A program made the position numbers and the translations under genes. The notes beneath the pieces are model-generated. The model saw only the letters and a program-made list of their open reading frames with translations, did not search any database and had not been told where the DNA came from. A DNA stretch of 64,000 bases from Eutreptiella sp. 'Long Island Sound 2002' (taxonomy: Eukaryota; Protista; Euglenida). Of this stretch, positions 10,261 to 22,690 are shown piece by piece; the stretch's first letter is position 1; each line of letters begins with the position of its first letter. The stretch spans positions 7,998,001 to 8,062,000 of the forward strand of contig OZ038378.1 in the NCBI GenBank assembly GCA_964036045.1, written 5' to 3'.

Positions 10261-11763
10261 CCTCTCGTATAAGCTACGCCAAAGCACCAAATGAATACGG
10301 TCCCTACGCCTACGGAAGCTTGGACAAGGCCGTAGCTTACGTGCAACACACACAACTACCGAAACACACGTGAGTGAGCGCATGGTATGACATACCACAG
10401 ATATACTAGCGTACCAGAGAAGGTGCTGCAGTGTGCTCGCTTCCTCATTCTGTCCCTCCCTCTCTCACCCTCTCTCTCTCTCTGCCCCCCTCCCTGCTTT
10501 TTTTTTTTTAACTCGTGACCGAAGTTCCACCAAGTGTCCATTGAGAGTACACATAGCAGGTCATGGGTCAGTGACAGGGCCAACTTTGGGTATGGGTTTG
10601 GTATGACCTACCCTCACCAAGATGACTGCGGGGGGGTGGCGGGAGGAACGAGTCCTGCGCCTTGCCCCACCCCTGTCGCCCCGTTTGCACGGGTATGCGC
10701 GTCCTCCCGGACCTCTCGGGGGTGTTACAATCCAGTCAAGACAATGACGTCGCCCATGTCCTCCAGCGGGATTTCCATATCCTGGAGCTGCCCCCCTCCC
10801 TGCTTCTGTTTATGTAGCTGTCTTATACAATACTGTTTTCTGCTTTATGTAGTGACCTATTGATGCTCTGGCGAGTCTCTTTTCTTCTCTGTCTGGCATA
10901 TAGACAATACAGTGTGTGGGCCCGGAAGTATCAACCGGTCCACATACCAAGCCTTTGTGGCAACCCCTTCCCCCGCTTCCAGAGATTGCCTCTTTTTTGC
11001 ACCAACAGGCCCTGAGCACTTCCTAACGTGGTTTTGGGGGGCTGACAGTGGGATGGTTGTTGCTCTGCTCACAAGTGCTGCCTCTGCCCCTTCGCCCCCC
11101 CCACCCCCGCGGGCCCCGCCCGGGCCTCCCATGGAGTCCAAGGTGCAGCAGGTTTGCTGGTGTGCTGCACTTCGGGGTTGGCATACCTGGGTATGTTGGA
11201 GGCCCCGTGAATCATCGACCATGCTGCGAAGTACCCGCTACGACACAAGTATTGCCGGTTCGTTATTTGTTTGTGATGTTGCGGTTGGCGCGGCAGTTTG
11301 TTTGGTCTGGTGAAGTCAGCGCGCTGTGTGGCTTATAACTGAACCGATATGCTGAAGGAAACAAGACTAAGGGTACTACTGCCAGCAGTAGAAGTGACCA
11401 GCACAGGATTGTTACATTGTCGGATATCAGACCGGCAGGTCGTGGACATCAATGACAGTGTGTGTGCAGGGTTGTTGCAAACCGGGTAACACCTGTCGTA
11501 TGCAGATACAAACTCTCTTTTACTGCTAGTAGTAGAACACAACTGCACTGTCACAGGCAGCAAGGGCACAATGTACAAGAGCGTAGTTTGCCCCACACAC
11601 AGGGCACAAACCCATGGCACAGACAGGCCCGGCCACACGCTCCAGCAGTTCCAGCTCTGCAGCCACCAAGATCCCTACTACACACGACATGCAGAAGCTT
11701 TTCGAGAACAGTGGGGTTAAGGGGAAGAAGAAGTCATCACAGTGTCTATTGGATATTGGTGTT

Positions 11764-13140
11764 CTACTGTTGGCAGTACCCCCCCCCCTCCAGGGGATAC
11801 TGCTTGCTGCCTGCCTCTTGGGTATTAAGGGGAAGCCTTGGCCTCTTCACTCCCCGGATTTTTTGCTGAACGTCCATACTTGCAGCCGTGGCCTCTGTTA
11901 CTAGAGCAAACTGGGAGGCAATGGCAGACGGCTTGGCTCCGGGGCTGGCCTTCGACTGTGATGCCTTACTCTTTGGAGCACCAGCAGCAAATGGCGTTGT
12001 CATGTCGTGCCAAGTGTTCTCATCTGGGGCAGGCAAGGGAAAGGGGCTCTCCATCAAACGTGACAGTTGGGATGATGCACGGGTCCTCTTACCGGCTGCC
12101 TTCGGCGTATTGGCGGCCCCGGTAGCTTGCTTGGCCTCCTACTTGGCGTCTTGCTTCATCACCTTCTTGTCTATTTTCTTTGCCTGTTTCGTTGTCTCCT
12201 CGAAGCGCTAGTCCAGGGCCTTCACCGCAGCTGGGGTCCCGTTGGCGAACAATGACAACACACCTTCAAAGTCCGGAGGCAGTGCGTTTTGTGTGGTGCT
12301 CACCTCCGCCAACAGTACGTTCTGCATGCTCTTGGGTGGCAGGCTGGTGCAATCGCAGAAGCGGATGGTCCATCGCACAGAGTACACCACAAGGGCTAAC
12401 ACTGTCTTCAAAATTTGTTTGGCAGAACGGCAGGACGCAGGAAACGCCAACAACATGGGCTGTGCTGGATCTACTGGCACATTCATCGATGGGACCGGAA
12501 GTTCATACCACCAGCGGAACATTGAGGTGCGCCACGGGTAATTCACAACCATGTATGGAGGATGCAGGATGAATTTCTTGGGTTGCAGCAACACACTATA
12601 TAGAACACTGCATGTGAACTCAATCCGGCCAGCCTTCGCAACCATGTCCGTTTCCCCTGTACTATACACCGCAATCTCGGTCTTCTACCATGTTGCCAGT
12701 ACAGGCTGCCTCTCCCACAGGGATGCTGCCTGCTCCCTTGCGTTGGGTCCATACACAATGCAGGGGTTCCCATCAGCCACCAACTTACCACCCAGCACCA
12801 CAGGGACGTGCCCATCGGTTCATCAGGCCCAACCTCAAGGTATACCAGGAGGGCTGCACTCACGGCTCCCATCCCCGCACTGTCCGCATCTTGTTGGTCA
12901 TCACCACCTCAACCACTCCATCCTGTGTGGCATCTGTGCTCTGAGTACCTTGTGCGGTCATGTCTGCCAGCAGGCTCTTCCTCAACCCCTGGTGTGCTAC
13001 CCGGCGTGCTGCATGGGTCCAGAACTTGGCCTTCAGCAAATCCTTTGCCTTCACCTGCGGTCGTTCCAATCTCCAGAGTGCCGCTGCTCGCCCTCACAGT
13101 CCCCAACTCCATAGCCGGTTGTCCAAAGCCATCAAACGTT
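11764..13140 (-). pseudogene. Decayed ORF of unknown function inside the palindrome-bearing region
   Basis: ORF pieces 12860-13069, 12208-12669 and 11764-12057 join across isolated stops or frameshifts into a ~450-codon frame with a Lys/Ala-rich tail. It ends at a TAG inside palindrome copy 11762. No family recognised. Confidence 0.5.
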
Positions 13141-14149
13141 TCACTGTGCTCTCGGTGCCTAAGGAAGTAGGACAAGACAGTGCAAATTCGACACAGTGTT
13201 CTACTGCCAGCAGTAAAAGGCACCTACAATTGTATACACTGGGCTTGTCGCATTGAAAGGGTCACAAAGAGCACTATAAAATCTGTTCTAGTGCCAGCAA
13301 TAAAACCGGTGTACGAAACAGCAAATTCCCCACAAGATGTGTACAACATACATTGAGAGTCGTGGATGGGCAAGTCTAGGTGGTATACATGGGTGTAGAT
13401 CCCCTGCAGCTGGCGTAACTCCTTCGGTTTACTTTTCACTGTGCTCACTATGACCTTCTTCGTCAACGGATCCGTCAAACACTCCATGAACTCCTTGCAG
13501 TACTAGTATTGCATGTCCCCAGCGGACTCTTTGAATGGTGATCCTGCGCACCCCCGCGAGCACTGCGATCATCGGAAACCATTTCGCTAGAAATGTTCCC
13601 AAGCATACGTATGCACAGAAAACCCAAAAAAAAGGCCCGAAATGGCCTACATTTCAGGTAAATTTGGCACTGTACGAACTATGTTTCGGCACATTGCTTC
13701 ACGCAATGACAACTGCCGCAGTGCTGACAGCTCGTGCTGTGGACGATGCCTATAGCGTTGGGCTCATACACGGTTCACAAGACACATAACCGAGGTAGGA
13801 ACCTACACCTCAAAGCCACAAAGCCATGTACTGGTTGCTCAATCAGATCACATTTTACTGCTGACAATAGAACATCGGGCAGTCACTTGTTGCGGGACAA
13901 ATGATGCCATGTTTCGCTTATTGCCTAAATGGTGGTGCAGGAAAGTGACGTCACACGCCGCAACACACAGTGTCATACATCGCAGGTACCTCAACTACCT
14001 TCTACTACTAACAGTAAAACACGCCGCAAACTCCACACACATGATACATAAAAGCATATCAGAGCATCACCGTGTATGCAAGGCATCGATTTACAAAGGG
14101 GGTACCGAGCACGGTCACGGTCTTCTACTGCTAGCAGTAAAACGATGGG

Positions 14150-16330
14150 GGTTAATCGATTACAGTCATACTATGCACACCATATGAGCTGCCACTGTCC
14201 AAAACAGCAAACGTCAAGCTCGAAACACCGGATGATGACGCATCAGTGGTGGAGGCATCATCACCATCCAAAATAGGGACCACAGGGTTTGGCGGTGCAC
14301 GATCTGCCGCATCAGCAGGTCCGGGTATAGCTTGGGGGGGCACAGGAACCTCCCCCAGCCACCGCGTCCGGGGGGGCCGGATCGCTCACAGCATCCCCGT
14401 CAATGGGGAAGGGGTGTGGGCGTGTATTCCCAAAATGGGCACAGAAGTTTATGAACCGCTGCTTGAACTCAGGGGACGCAGGGTGCACAAGCACCTCGGC
14501 CAGGTCGTGTGGTAGATGCGCCCTTGCTGCATCAAAACTAGGCTGGCTTTCTACCCTTGTCTCACTAAAAAAAACAACACGTCCAGCGAACAGTATGCAC
14601 CATATAGGAAACTTGCATCTGCAACCGGGGTGTTGAGACAAGGTGGAAAACTAGGCTCCGCCGGCCAATCTAGGGTAGCTTGCAGCGTATTGGCAACCCA
14701 GGCACCCAGCCGTGGCCGAGCGGCCATCTTTTTCACAAAGGGCACATTGCCGGCATGAATGCATGCTAGCAACCATGTTAGGTGCATGCTCACAGCCCGT
14801 GCTGTTTCACGGGTGATGTGGGAGCTCGTCAGGGGCTTCCGAGTGCCCGGGTGCTGGTACCGTAAGGTAACAAAGGTGTTGTAATAATTTTCAACACTTG
14901 TAATGCTGGTGCCCTCGCCCACTGCTCGTGCCAAACGGGACAACAGGGCCTCCCCGTTCTTCTCCACAAAGGCAGATGCAGGAAGGGAAGAGTGGTACGG
15001 GGACCACATTCGTAGTGCTAAGTGCGTCTCTGTGCTGTGGGTTCAACTTCTGAAACAGGTAAAGTGAAACCTGCAGGCACCGCCTGGCTGCTACACCAGT
15101 ACCGGTACCTAGTGTAAAGTGGTACCGGGAATAGTCACACACCATGATACCAAGACGAAGTAAGGCTGGGGCATGTTGCAAAACAAGACGGGATAGCCCA
15201 GCGAACAACTTGTCTTTGAGTGTTTTACTGCTAGCAGTAGAACGCAAGTGTGCATGTAAACCGGGAATGGACAGGTAAATTGCCAAAATAAGACACTCCT
15301 TCACAAAAAGGGAAGGATAAGCATACAGTTGTCCTGCATCTGGGTTTTGAAGGAACCCATCGTATTCAAGTGCCACCATAAATGGAAGGAAAGCATTGTA
15401 TATGTGATCCACACAGTACTAAAATGGATGCGAAATACAGAACAGAGGACAAACGGTGCCATACACATGGCGCAATGGCAATGGCAGCATCCAGTTGCTG
15501 TACAACATTTTCAAGTAGTTGCAGTGTATGGTGATGTCGCATAACATCGGTAACACTGGTGTCGAATAGTTGTTTGCCAGTTGAAGTACACCGTACATGG
15601 CCTGGTGAAACCCGAAGGTTGCGGAGATAGGCACATCCTTAATGGCTAACGGGTACCAAGGTGTAACCTCAACCTCCTCCAGCGAAGGTCCAAGGGGCAC
15701 CGCACCTGCTCAAAACCCATGCTTCGACGCACAAGGTGCTTTGTCGAGGCCGTAAAGGACACCCATGCATCCTATAGGTCGGTAACATGTTGAGCCACAT
15801 CACTATATAGGGAGCCAGGCGTGGGGTGCCGCAAAATGTCCCCTGTAACTACCAGCACATATAAGTGCCATTGCTGTTGTTGACAATGATATGTCGCGAG
15901 TGGCTAGGCTTTGTTGAACCGATCTACCCATGCGACAAGTGTAACCCCCACCCCCCCCCCCCCCCTATTGCAACATCCACAGAACCTCTTGCTCACTAAT
16001 GTCCACCCGTGTTGCCATAGGCGCCTGACGGTCTTACCCGAAACCGCAGGCGGCAAGCTGAACACGAACCTGTTTGCTAACCCGCGATGTGTCTTGAGGC
16101 GGGCTTGCACGGGCAGTATTTAGATGACTAAGCCTAAGCAGGGCACCGTACAACATAAAGATGGTTGGTATCAACCTCCGTAACAACTGCTTCCGCCCTC
16201 GGTCCTCCCAGTCCTCCTTGAAGTTGTTCAAAGAGTTCTGCCGGCGGGTCTTGGGGTTGATACACAGCTGCAGACAGAAGTCCACCAAGAATTCTGCCGG
16301 TCCGCCATCAACAACATCCCCACATAAATC
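14150..16330 (-). pseudogene. Decayed DDE-type transposase-like ORF
   Basis: Frameshifted pieces give ordered candidate catalytic motifs: VAWVD (D, 15922-15924), LCD (D, 15536-15538), CISH (CxxH, 15428-15439), FVEKNGEALLSRL (E, ~14950-14967). The D..D..CxxH..E order is typical of hAT/P/MULE-like superfamilies; family not assignable. Confidence 0.5.
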
Positions 16331-18104
16331 CTCGGCGGACTGAAAGGGGGGTCTCCATGTTAAGGAGGCTATGCCACATGTCTACGCCAATGGCACCGGA
16401 GGGCACATGGGTGTCTAGCAAAAACCACAGAGTGAGAGGAGCTTCTACTGTCAGCAGTAGAACAAGTCTGCCCTTGTGGAGAGGTGGTGCAGCCGGAGTA
16501 CACCAACATACAGATGAACAACTGTGTCACATGTTGTAAGAGTTTCACGCATGTACATGTAATATGCACTGCTGGTGGGACACAACTACTTGCTGTGTAT
16601 TCTATTGCCAGCAGCAGAACGGTATCCCAAACTAGGGGACATTGATGTAAGTCCCAACGCTAACTAAACAAGATAGTAATGCGGCACACGGCATGCAAAA
16701 CCTCGCGACAACATCCTTTGGTGTAGGGTGGCAAGAACACAAATATTCGTACAATGGTGCGGAGAGCATATGTCGACAAGGCCTGTGACGTGAAGTGCAA
16801 CAGAGTACAATAGTAAAGCAGTGTCGTGCAAAGGCAAACAAGGTACACCCAGGTGATGCATCAACATATAAGGTTGCACAAGCTAAAAATCCATGGGGCA
16901 ATAGTAGAGCTAGGTACCACAGTGTAAGTTTTGGTGGGCATCGTGAGCTGTTCTACTGCCGGCAGTAGAATCATCGTGCGAATTGTGTTGGAGGCCTACA
17001 GCAGGGAAAATGTAAAGAAATGTGCCTTGGAGGGGGCCTACCGTATAGCAGGTGGAGAGTGGCCCACAACTGGGGAACTCTTGTACCTGGCATGTGTGAG
17101 GCACGAAAAATGATTTTTTTCTAGCGAAAAAAATTCACAAAAAATGGAAACCGGAAATCCGGTACCGGGTCATCTACTGCAGCGGTATGCATGGTGGATC
17201 GTCAAATTGTGGGTGTAGGTTCCATGCCCACTACCGTCATCACATGGCCACCAGGTGCATATCGCACCACAACATGGTCCCCCACTAAAGGGGGCATATA
17301 CCCGAGTAATACGGGGTACACTAGGGGCATAGCCCATAGTTTTATGGTCACACAACATGTAGTGGGTGCCATGTAACGCCTTGGAGTAGTTCTACTGCTG
17401 GCAGTAAAAGGACACAGCAAAGTTGGCAAGTAGCCTGCTAGGCTACTAAGCACAAAATTGGAATCAATGCGATGCACCCATGGTAATGCATAGTCAGTTG
17501 TACTCTGTAGTAGTACTTGCAAAAAAGATTAAATTAAAATAAAAGATTAAAGATTCCAACACTCCAAATGTATACCTCCTTTTCCACCCGCCGAGAAGGC
17601 AGTATTCCCTTCTGTAATAGGCACAGGCCAAGTGTGTGCCGTAACACATGAACCCATGTGCCTGTGTGTGACCCTGTGCCCACACCCCCCCCTTTTGAAC
17701 ACCCCTTGGAACATACCTTTGAAACATTTGGGATTGCTGGTTGATGTCCCCCATGTTCAACTCTCAGCAGTGGAAAAAGTTGACATTGGCACTATGGCAT
17801 GCCTTCTGTCAAAACATTTTTACATTGGTTTTCTGTACAAACTCCTAAGAGACTATTTCGCCAAACCAGCATTTTGGGGCCGTCCAGAAGTTACCCTTTC
17901 CGAGGTGACTATGCACCCCCAAGATCTGAGGTCCGAGACCGACTGCGAATCCGAGTCAAAGACCAAAAATCCAACTCTCATCACAGAAATATCGCTGTAG
18001 CACAGCGATGAATTTACGTAGTTCCGACCTTTGTACACTCAAGCCGTTGAAGTACGCCCTAGGACGCAACAGACTACACCAAGCACTCAGAAATATGTGT
18101 GCAG

Positions 18105-18632
18105 TAGGGCGGCATGATCCCAAGGCGGTGGGGGCGGGGGTGGGGGGGGGGGGGGGGAACGGCCGGACAGGGGCGGCATAACCCCCAAGGAGCGGGGTAG
18201 GGGGGGCCGGTTAGCAGACGGACAGGAGCGGGAGCAGACGGACGGGGGCGGCATGATCCCCAAAGAGGGAGGCGGGGGGGGGGGTAGCGGGCGGGAGGGG
18301 GCGGCAACGGACGGACGGGGGCAGCGTGACCCCGAGGGCGCCGGGGGGGGGGGGGTAGCCGACGCACGGGGCAGCAGCGGACGCACCGGGGCGGCATGAC
18401 CCACAGGGGGCTGGGGGGGGGGGGCGGCGGTAGCGGACAAATGGGGGCGGCAGTGGACGGACGGGGGCAGCATGATCCCCATCGGGTGGGGGGCGGGGGG
18501 GGTAGCGGACGGACGGGGGCAGCATGACCCCCCCGGGGGCGGGGGAGCACACAGGGTAAGCGGACGGACGGGGGCGGTACAACCTCCCGGCGGTGGGGGG
18601 GCAGGGGGCTAGCGGACGGACGGGGGCGGGCC
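18105..18632. repeat. GC-rich degenerate minisatellite, ~8-9 units of ~55-75 bp
   Basis: Recurring GCGGACGGACGGGGGC(G/A)GCATGA(T/C)CCC separated by G-runs; the Pro-rich ORFs here are artefacts of the repeat. Confidence 0.85.
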
Positions 18633-19379
18633 ACTTATCCCACCAAAGGTGCAGGCAGGGGACAAGAGGCCAGTGGATTCTACACGTCTATGGCGATACC
18701 TTTTTTCCCTTGCATGAGGGTACTCTTGGGTGTCAGCCGCCACGTGGGTGTACCCTTTCCGGCCGGTAAGGGAAGTTTTGAATGGGGAGCGAATATGGCG
18801 CGAATATGGGTGCACAAACCTACTGTTTTGGCCGGAAAAGGCTTCTTTCATAGGTTGAGGTTGGTAGCAATATTTTTAAATTTGTGCAAAAACAAAATCC
18901 GGGTGCCTGTGAAAAGAAATGGCCCTTTTTTGACATGCTAGGGTGCCACGGTGCCCCCAAAAAATCTACTATTCATAGTGTACAACTTGCTTGTGTCTAC
19001 GGCAACAGTGCGAATGCGTATATTCGCGAAAATTGTGCAAATTTGACGCTAACATTTACCATATGCGCGCACATGTTAACCGTGCCGTGCGCCACATCAC
19101 GTAACAAGTGCAAGCAAACCCATGGTTGTATGCGCATGTCCTACGTCCATCGCTTGCAGATTTTGAAACGTTGTCTGAGGATATGTACATAGTTGAGGTC
19201 ACTAAGTGCCCTCTTGCGGGCCTAGCTAGCCAACTGCCGCACATTCACGGGCCCTTGTCCACGCGTAGACCTCTTGTGACATCCCGACCCTCTCGGCGAA
19301 GGTTGTCATCTATGGTGTGGTTGTCAACCACAACCTGCACACCTAGGCAGCCGCGAAGGAAGCTTAGGCCCCCGCTATT

Positions 19380-20820
19380 GCACAACATGCTCTTTAGCCT
19401 ACGGTGGTTGCCTTCCATGGCAAAGCATGAAAATTTGGATTCTCCACTTGCATGCAAAAAAATACATGTGGTCAATCCACAAATGCGAGCACAATAGCGT
19501 AGGCCATTGCAAGACTAAGTGGGCTTTACCCATTCGTATGCTACATTCGCGTAACCTTCCTACGTCCCCTCCGGACAGCCATCCCGTTTAGCATGCATAT
19601 ACACACATCTGGGCAAAACTTTCCCAACGCTCCCTACAAACATTGTTGAGCCCCTCCTCCATTTCTTGGAGCATAGCCCACTCAACACCTTCCTCCTTGT
19701 ATTTGTAGCCTTTTTGTCCAATGCTTCCAGCAACAGACCATTAAAGCCTTGAGCCACATTTTCAACCATATGCTCCCTTCATACCTCATGCTTCTATGGG
19801 CACACACTTCAAATACTTCAAAGCAATTGTAAAATGCCGCCCATGGATGGTTGACCCCACTGCAATGCTCAAATAGCTTGTCCCACTCCACAAAGGCCGT
19901 CTTCTCTACTTCCATCAAATTGGCCTCTTTTTCGACGTTTGTGACTTCACGGGGTGGCAATTGGTGGGACACTCTTCTTGCACACCCTCCGACTTTGTAC
20001 CACTTCCGGATCTGTAAGCACATCCCTTATTCTTAGCGCGCCCCATGCCTTGTGTGTGTGATCAAGAGCTTGATATAGCCTCCCTTTGGCCTTTTCTTTT
20101 CCGCTTTGTGTATGTTTGTCATGGTCCTCGATGCCCTCTCCAAATGTTGCACCTCTTTTCCCATGATTCCGTCCCCATACATGACTTGCAAGAACAGCTT
20201 TACTTGTTGCACGCTCATGATGCAGACCACCTCCACAACCTCGACTGCCTTCTTTGGTGGTTGTTGCACCGGTTCTGTTGGGTTTCACCCCCCACCTTGC
20301 TTCCAAACGTGCACTATGCGCCTTTTGGAATGTGCACCTTCTATGTGTCCAACCGCCTTCCACGTGCCACCCTCATGCAGTTCGTGCATTGATGCCTGTT
20401 GGCCACTAAGTCTCCAAGTATGTGGCCCAGAACTCCTCCTTCATACTTGACCTCTCCCAATAATGCACGTCCTCTCCGTTGCCCTAGGAACCTTTTCAAT
20501 TGCCCATGCAAACAACTCAAACATGGACTCACTTGTTCTCATTACTCCGCTCACCAATTCATCTTCTTGCCAACTTGTACTCCACCTTATGCGCAAACCC
20601 TCTTGGCATCTGTGGTATGCCGCTCTTGCATACACTTTCCCTATCGGCTTGTGACACATCATGTATGCTTCTACCACTCCTTTCTCCTCCCACCTTGGGA
20701 TTCTATGCTCTTCCATTTCCATTGTTCTTGCTTGCTCAATTGCCACACACGGCGCAGTTTTTAGTTTCTTGGGCCCTCTTGCTAGCACTTCCTGCGACCT
20801 TCTATGTGTTGCCACCATGT
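19380..20820 (-). pseudogene. Mutator/MuDR (MULE) transposase relic with SWIM-like remnant
   Basis: Ordered fragments: FAWAIEKVP; GEVKYEGGVLGHILGDLVAN (cf. GKYxGxLL..DxN); KYLKCVPIEA*..AYG and MVENVAQGFNGLLLEA (cf. YLxxIP..W..YG..TxNxAExFN); CKWRIQIFMLCH (SWIM-like). Confidence 0.55.
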
Positions 20821-21689
20821 CACGGGTAATGCATCCTTTCCTCCTTTCCTCCTTTCCTCCTTTCCGTTCCTTTTTTCACCGTCCATGGAGTTCAAGAGCC
20901 ATGCGGCAATTGGCAGGAGATTCTCTCACACACCCACATGTTTTGTGCCACCCCACACCTTGTGCTTGAGGTAGGGCTGCTTGATCCTATGGTTGGCAGG
21001 TCCAACATATTTTGAGGCCATTTCAATTGCAACATGGTATTCGAAAATCGGGCCACGGTAGTGAAATGCTGATTGGGGCTCAGCAGACAGGTAATAGAGA
21101 TGGGATTCAGTAAGATCAATTTCCATAGTCAGACACAACAATACTGATCATGTCTGACTTGGGTTTTGCCTGTGGCAAGTCTCCACTAGAGGTACTACGA
21201 CGGAAAGAAAGACCAGAAATGGCTAGTAGGTTGCTCGCACAAGAGATTCAGACGGCCCTGCTTGCATTCTCCTGCCTCGCCCCCCCCCCCCCCCTTGTGC
21301 AAGCACACTGAAAATCAGGAAAACAACGGTGAGAAGGGCTGCCAGGCTTGGACAGCGCCTGCCTGTGCGCGGCACGCGGTATCAAAAGAACATATGTCGC
21401 CAAAATCCTGCCCATACCTGACCCTGAGCACAATTGTCGCAACAGGGCACTAGAACACAATGTGCAGGCAAATTTCAGCAAGTTCTGGACGTCCTCGCTG
21501 CCCATCAGGGGCATCAGGGGCTGTGGAATAGAAGCCCTTTCCAACCTTGCGCCTCATCTTAAACAATTGCACATGCTTCCCCTTTGGGGCTTGGCTTCAG
21601 GCTTTGGAATGGGTTTAGGCTTCTGCGCGTTGCTAACCGCCCTCGTGTGGAGAGGGCTCTGAAGGTTCTGGAGAAGGGCTGCAGATTGA

Positions 21690-21857
21690 GAAAAGGACAC
21701 GGTCCATAGGAGCATGATGCTCAAGCCCATTCCACATGTACTTCACATGAAAGAAACCATCCCCATGAGTAGAAGGACCAATAATTGTTGCGTGCACATG
21801 TTCGCCGGTGGACCGGACGTACGTAACAGCCATGCCAGCAGTAGCAACAGCAGCCAT
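21690..21857 (-). pseudogene. Small beta-rich (Tudor/SH3-like) domain remnant, copy 1
   Basis: VTYVRSTGEHVHATIIGPSTHGDGFFHVKYMWNGLEHHAPMDRVLF aligns by eye with copy 2 at 59920-60074; both are followed by an SPSP-rich stretch. Confidence 0.4.
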
Positions 21858-22690
21858 AGCTGAAAATCACATCAAAACAGACAGCATCGGGTTCCAGTTG
21901 CAAGCAGAGTGTTGGTATGAGCAGGAGGAACTACCAGAAGCATGATCCAGACCCCTTTTCCCTTTACAATCGCAGCACAACCGCATCACATTACGTTTCT
22001 GACCACAAAAACGGCGTTCAGAAAAAACCAGAAAAACGACGGTCAGACGGGCTCCTGTGCTTGGACAAGGCAGTGCTTGCACAGGGGGGGGGGGGGGGGT
22101 TGAGCCTGCTTCATAGAACCGAGCGCAGAAGAAGGCCTTGGATACAGCAGATGGGGACAGCTCGGGAAACACTGAGTGGGTGAAATACTGGTTCCACAGG
22201 GCCGAATAACACAAACACCAGCCCCAGTTTGCAACTGCCAAGCCATGTTTCCTTCCTTCCTGATCTTTAAGGGAGGGATGTCAGCAAAGCGTTTACATCA
22301 TTATTCCCATTGACCTGGTTTGCAATTCAAGTATTACATAAGCGTGACAGCGTGCATGAGCACCTTCGGCGCCTTCATTGGTGCAATCACATGAACACGT
22401 AAATTTCTCACTGCAAACGCACGGCAATGCCAACCGCTCAGATCAGGTGCTATGGATGCACGCTGCCTTGACATCAAAAAACGGATATAGACGTAAGAGC
22501 CTGGCTATGAGCACACCAAGCTTCGTAGACGCCTATTGGACGACTCAGAGCGGCCACCTGTCCCCAGTGACAGGGCATGAATTGCCAAAGAAACAGTGGC
22601 ATGCGCATCATGTTTGGACAGTAGCCCATGCCAAACCCCTTCGAAACTGGGATGAAATGCTGGTGCTTCACCCGCAGGCCATGGTTTCCT

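Larger units (their letters stand above)
11374..17409. repeat. 13 dispersed copies of the palindrome TTYTACTGCYRGCAGTARAA
   Basis: Copies start at 11374, 11518, 11762, 13199, 13286, 13853, 14000, 14123, 15223, 16443, 16600, 16951 (perfect TTCTACTGCCGGCAGTAGAA) and 17390. Confidence 0.92.
11340..17410. mobile_element. Decayed multi-ORF element(s) with a dispersed 20-bp palindrome; boundaries uncertain
   Basis: Long stop- and frameshift-interrupted reading frames, plus 13 copies of TTYTACTGCYRGCAGTARAA confined to this interval. Confidence 0.6.

Noticed and set aside
16150-16300. APE endonuclease-like reading AAVYQPQDPPAELFEQLQ...EVDTN
   Set aside because: No other APE motifs follow; the alternative frame fits the transposase-like ORF better.
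11374-17409. CRISPR or REP-like array interpretation of the palindromes
   Set aside because: Spacing is irregular (87 to ~1440 bp), copies lie within ORFs, there are no cas-like genes and the context is eukaryotic.
17632-18000. Plus-strand 122-aa ORF with a DxxH word (LLVDVPH)
   Set aside because: A single short motif is insufficient to call a CACTA-like transposase.
18085-18097. Short SL-like words TTTCTGAGTG (minus, ~18087-18096), CATTTCTGAGTG (plus, ~50997-51008) and TTTTCTGAG (minus, ~50320-50328)
   Set aside because: Only 9-12 nt match, no T-rich 3' half and no adjacent credible ATG; compatible with chance.
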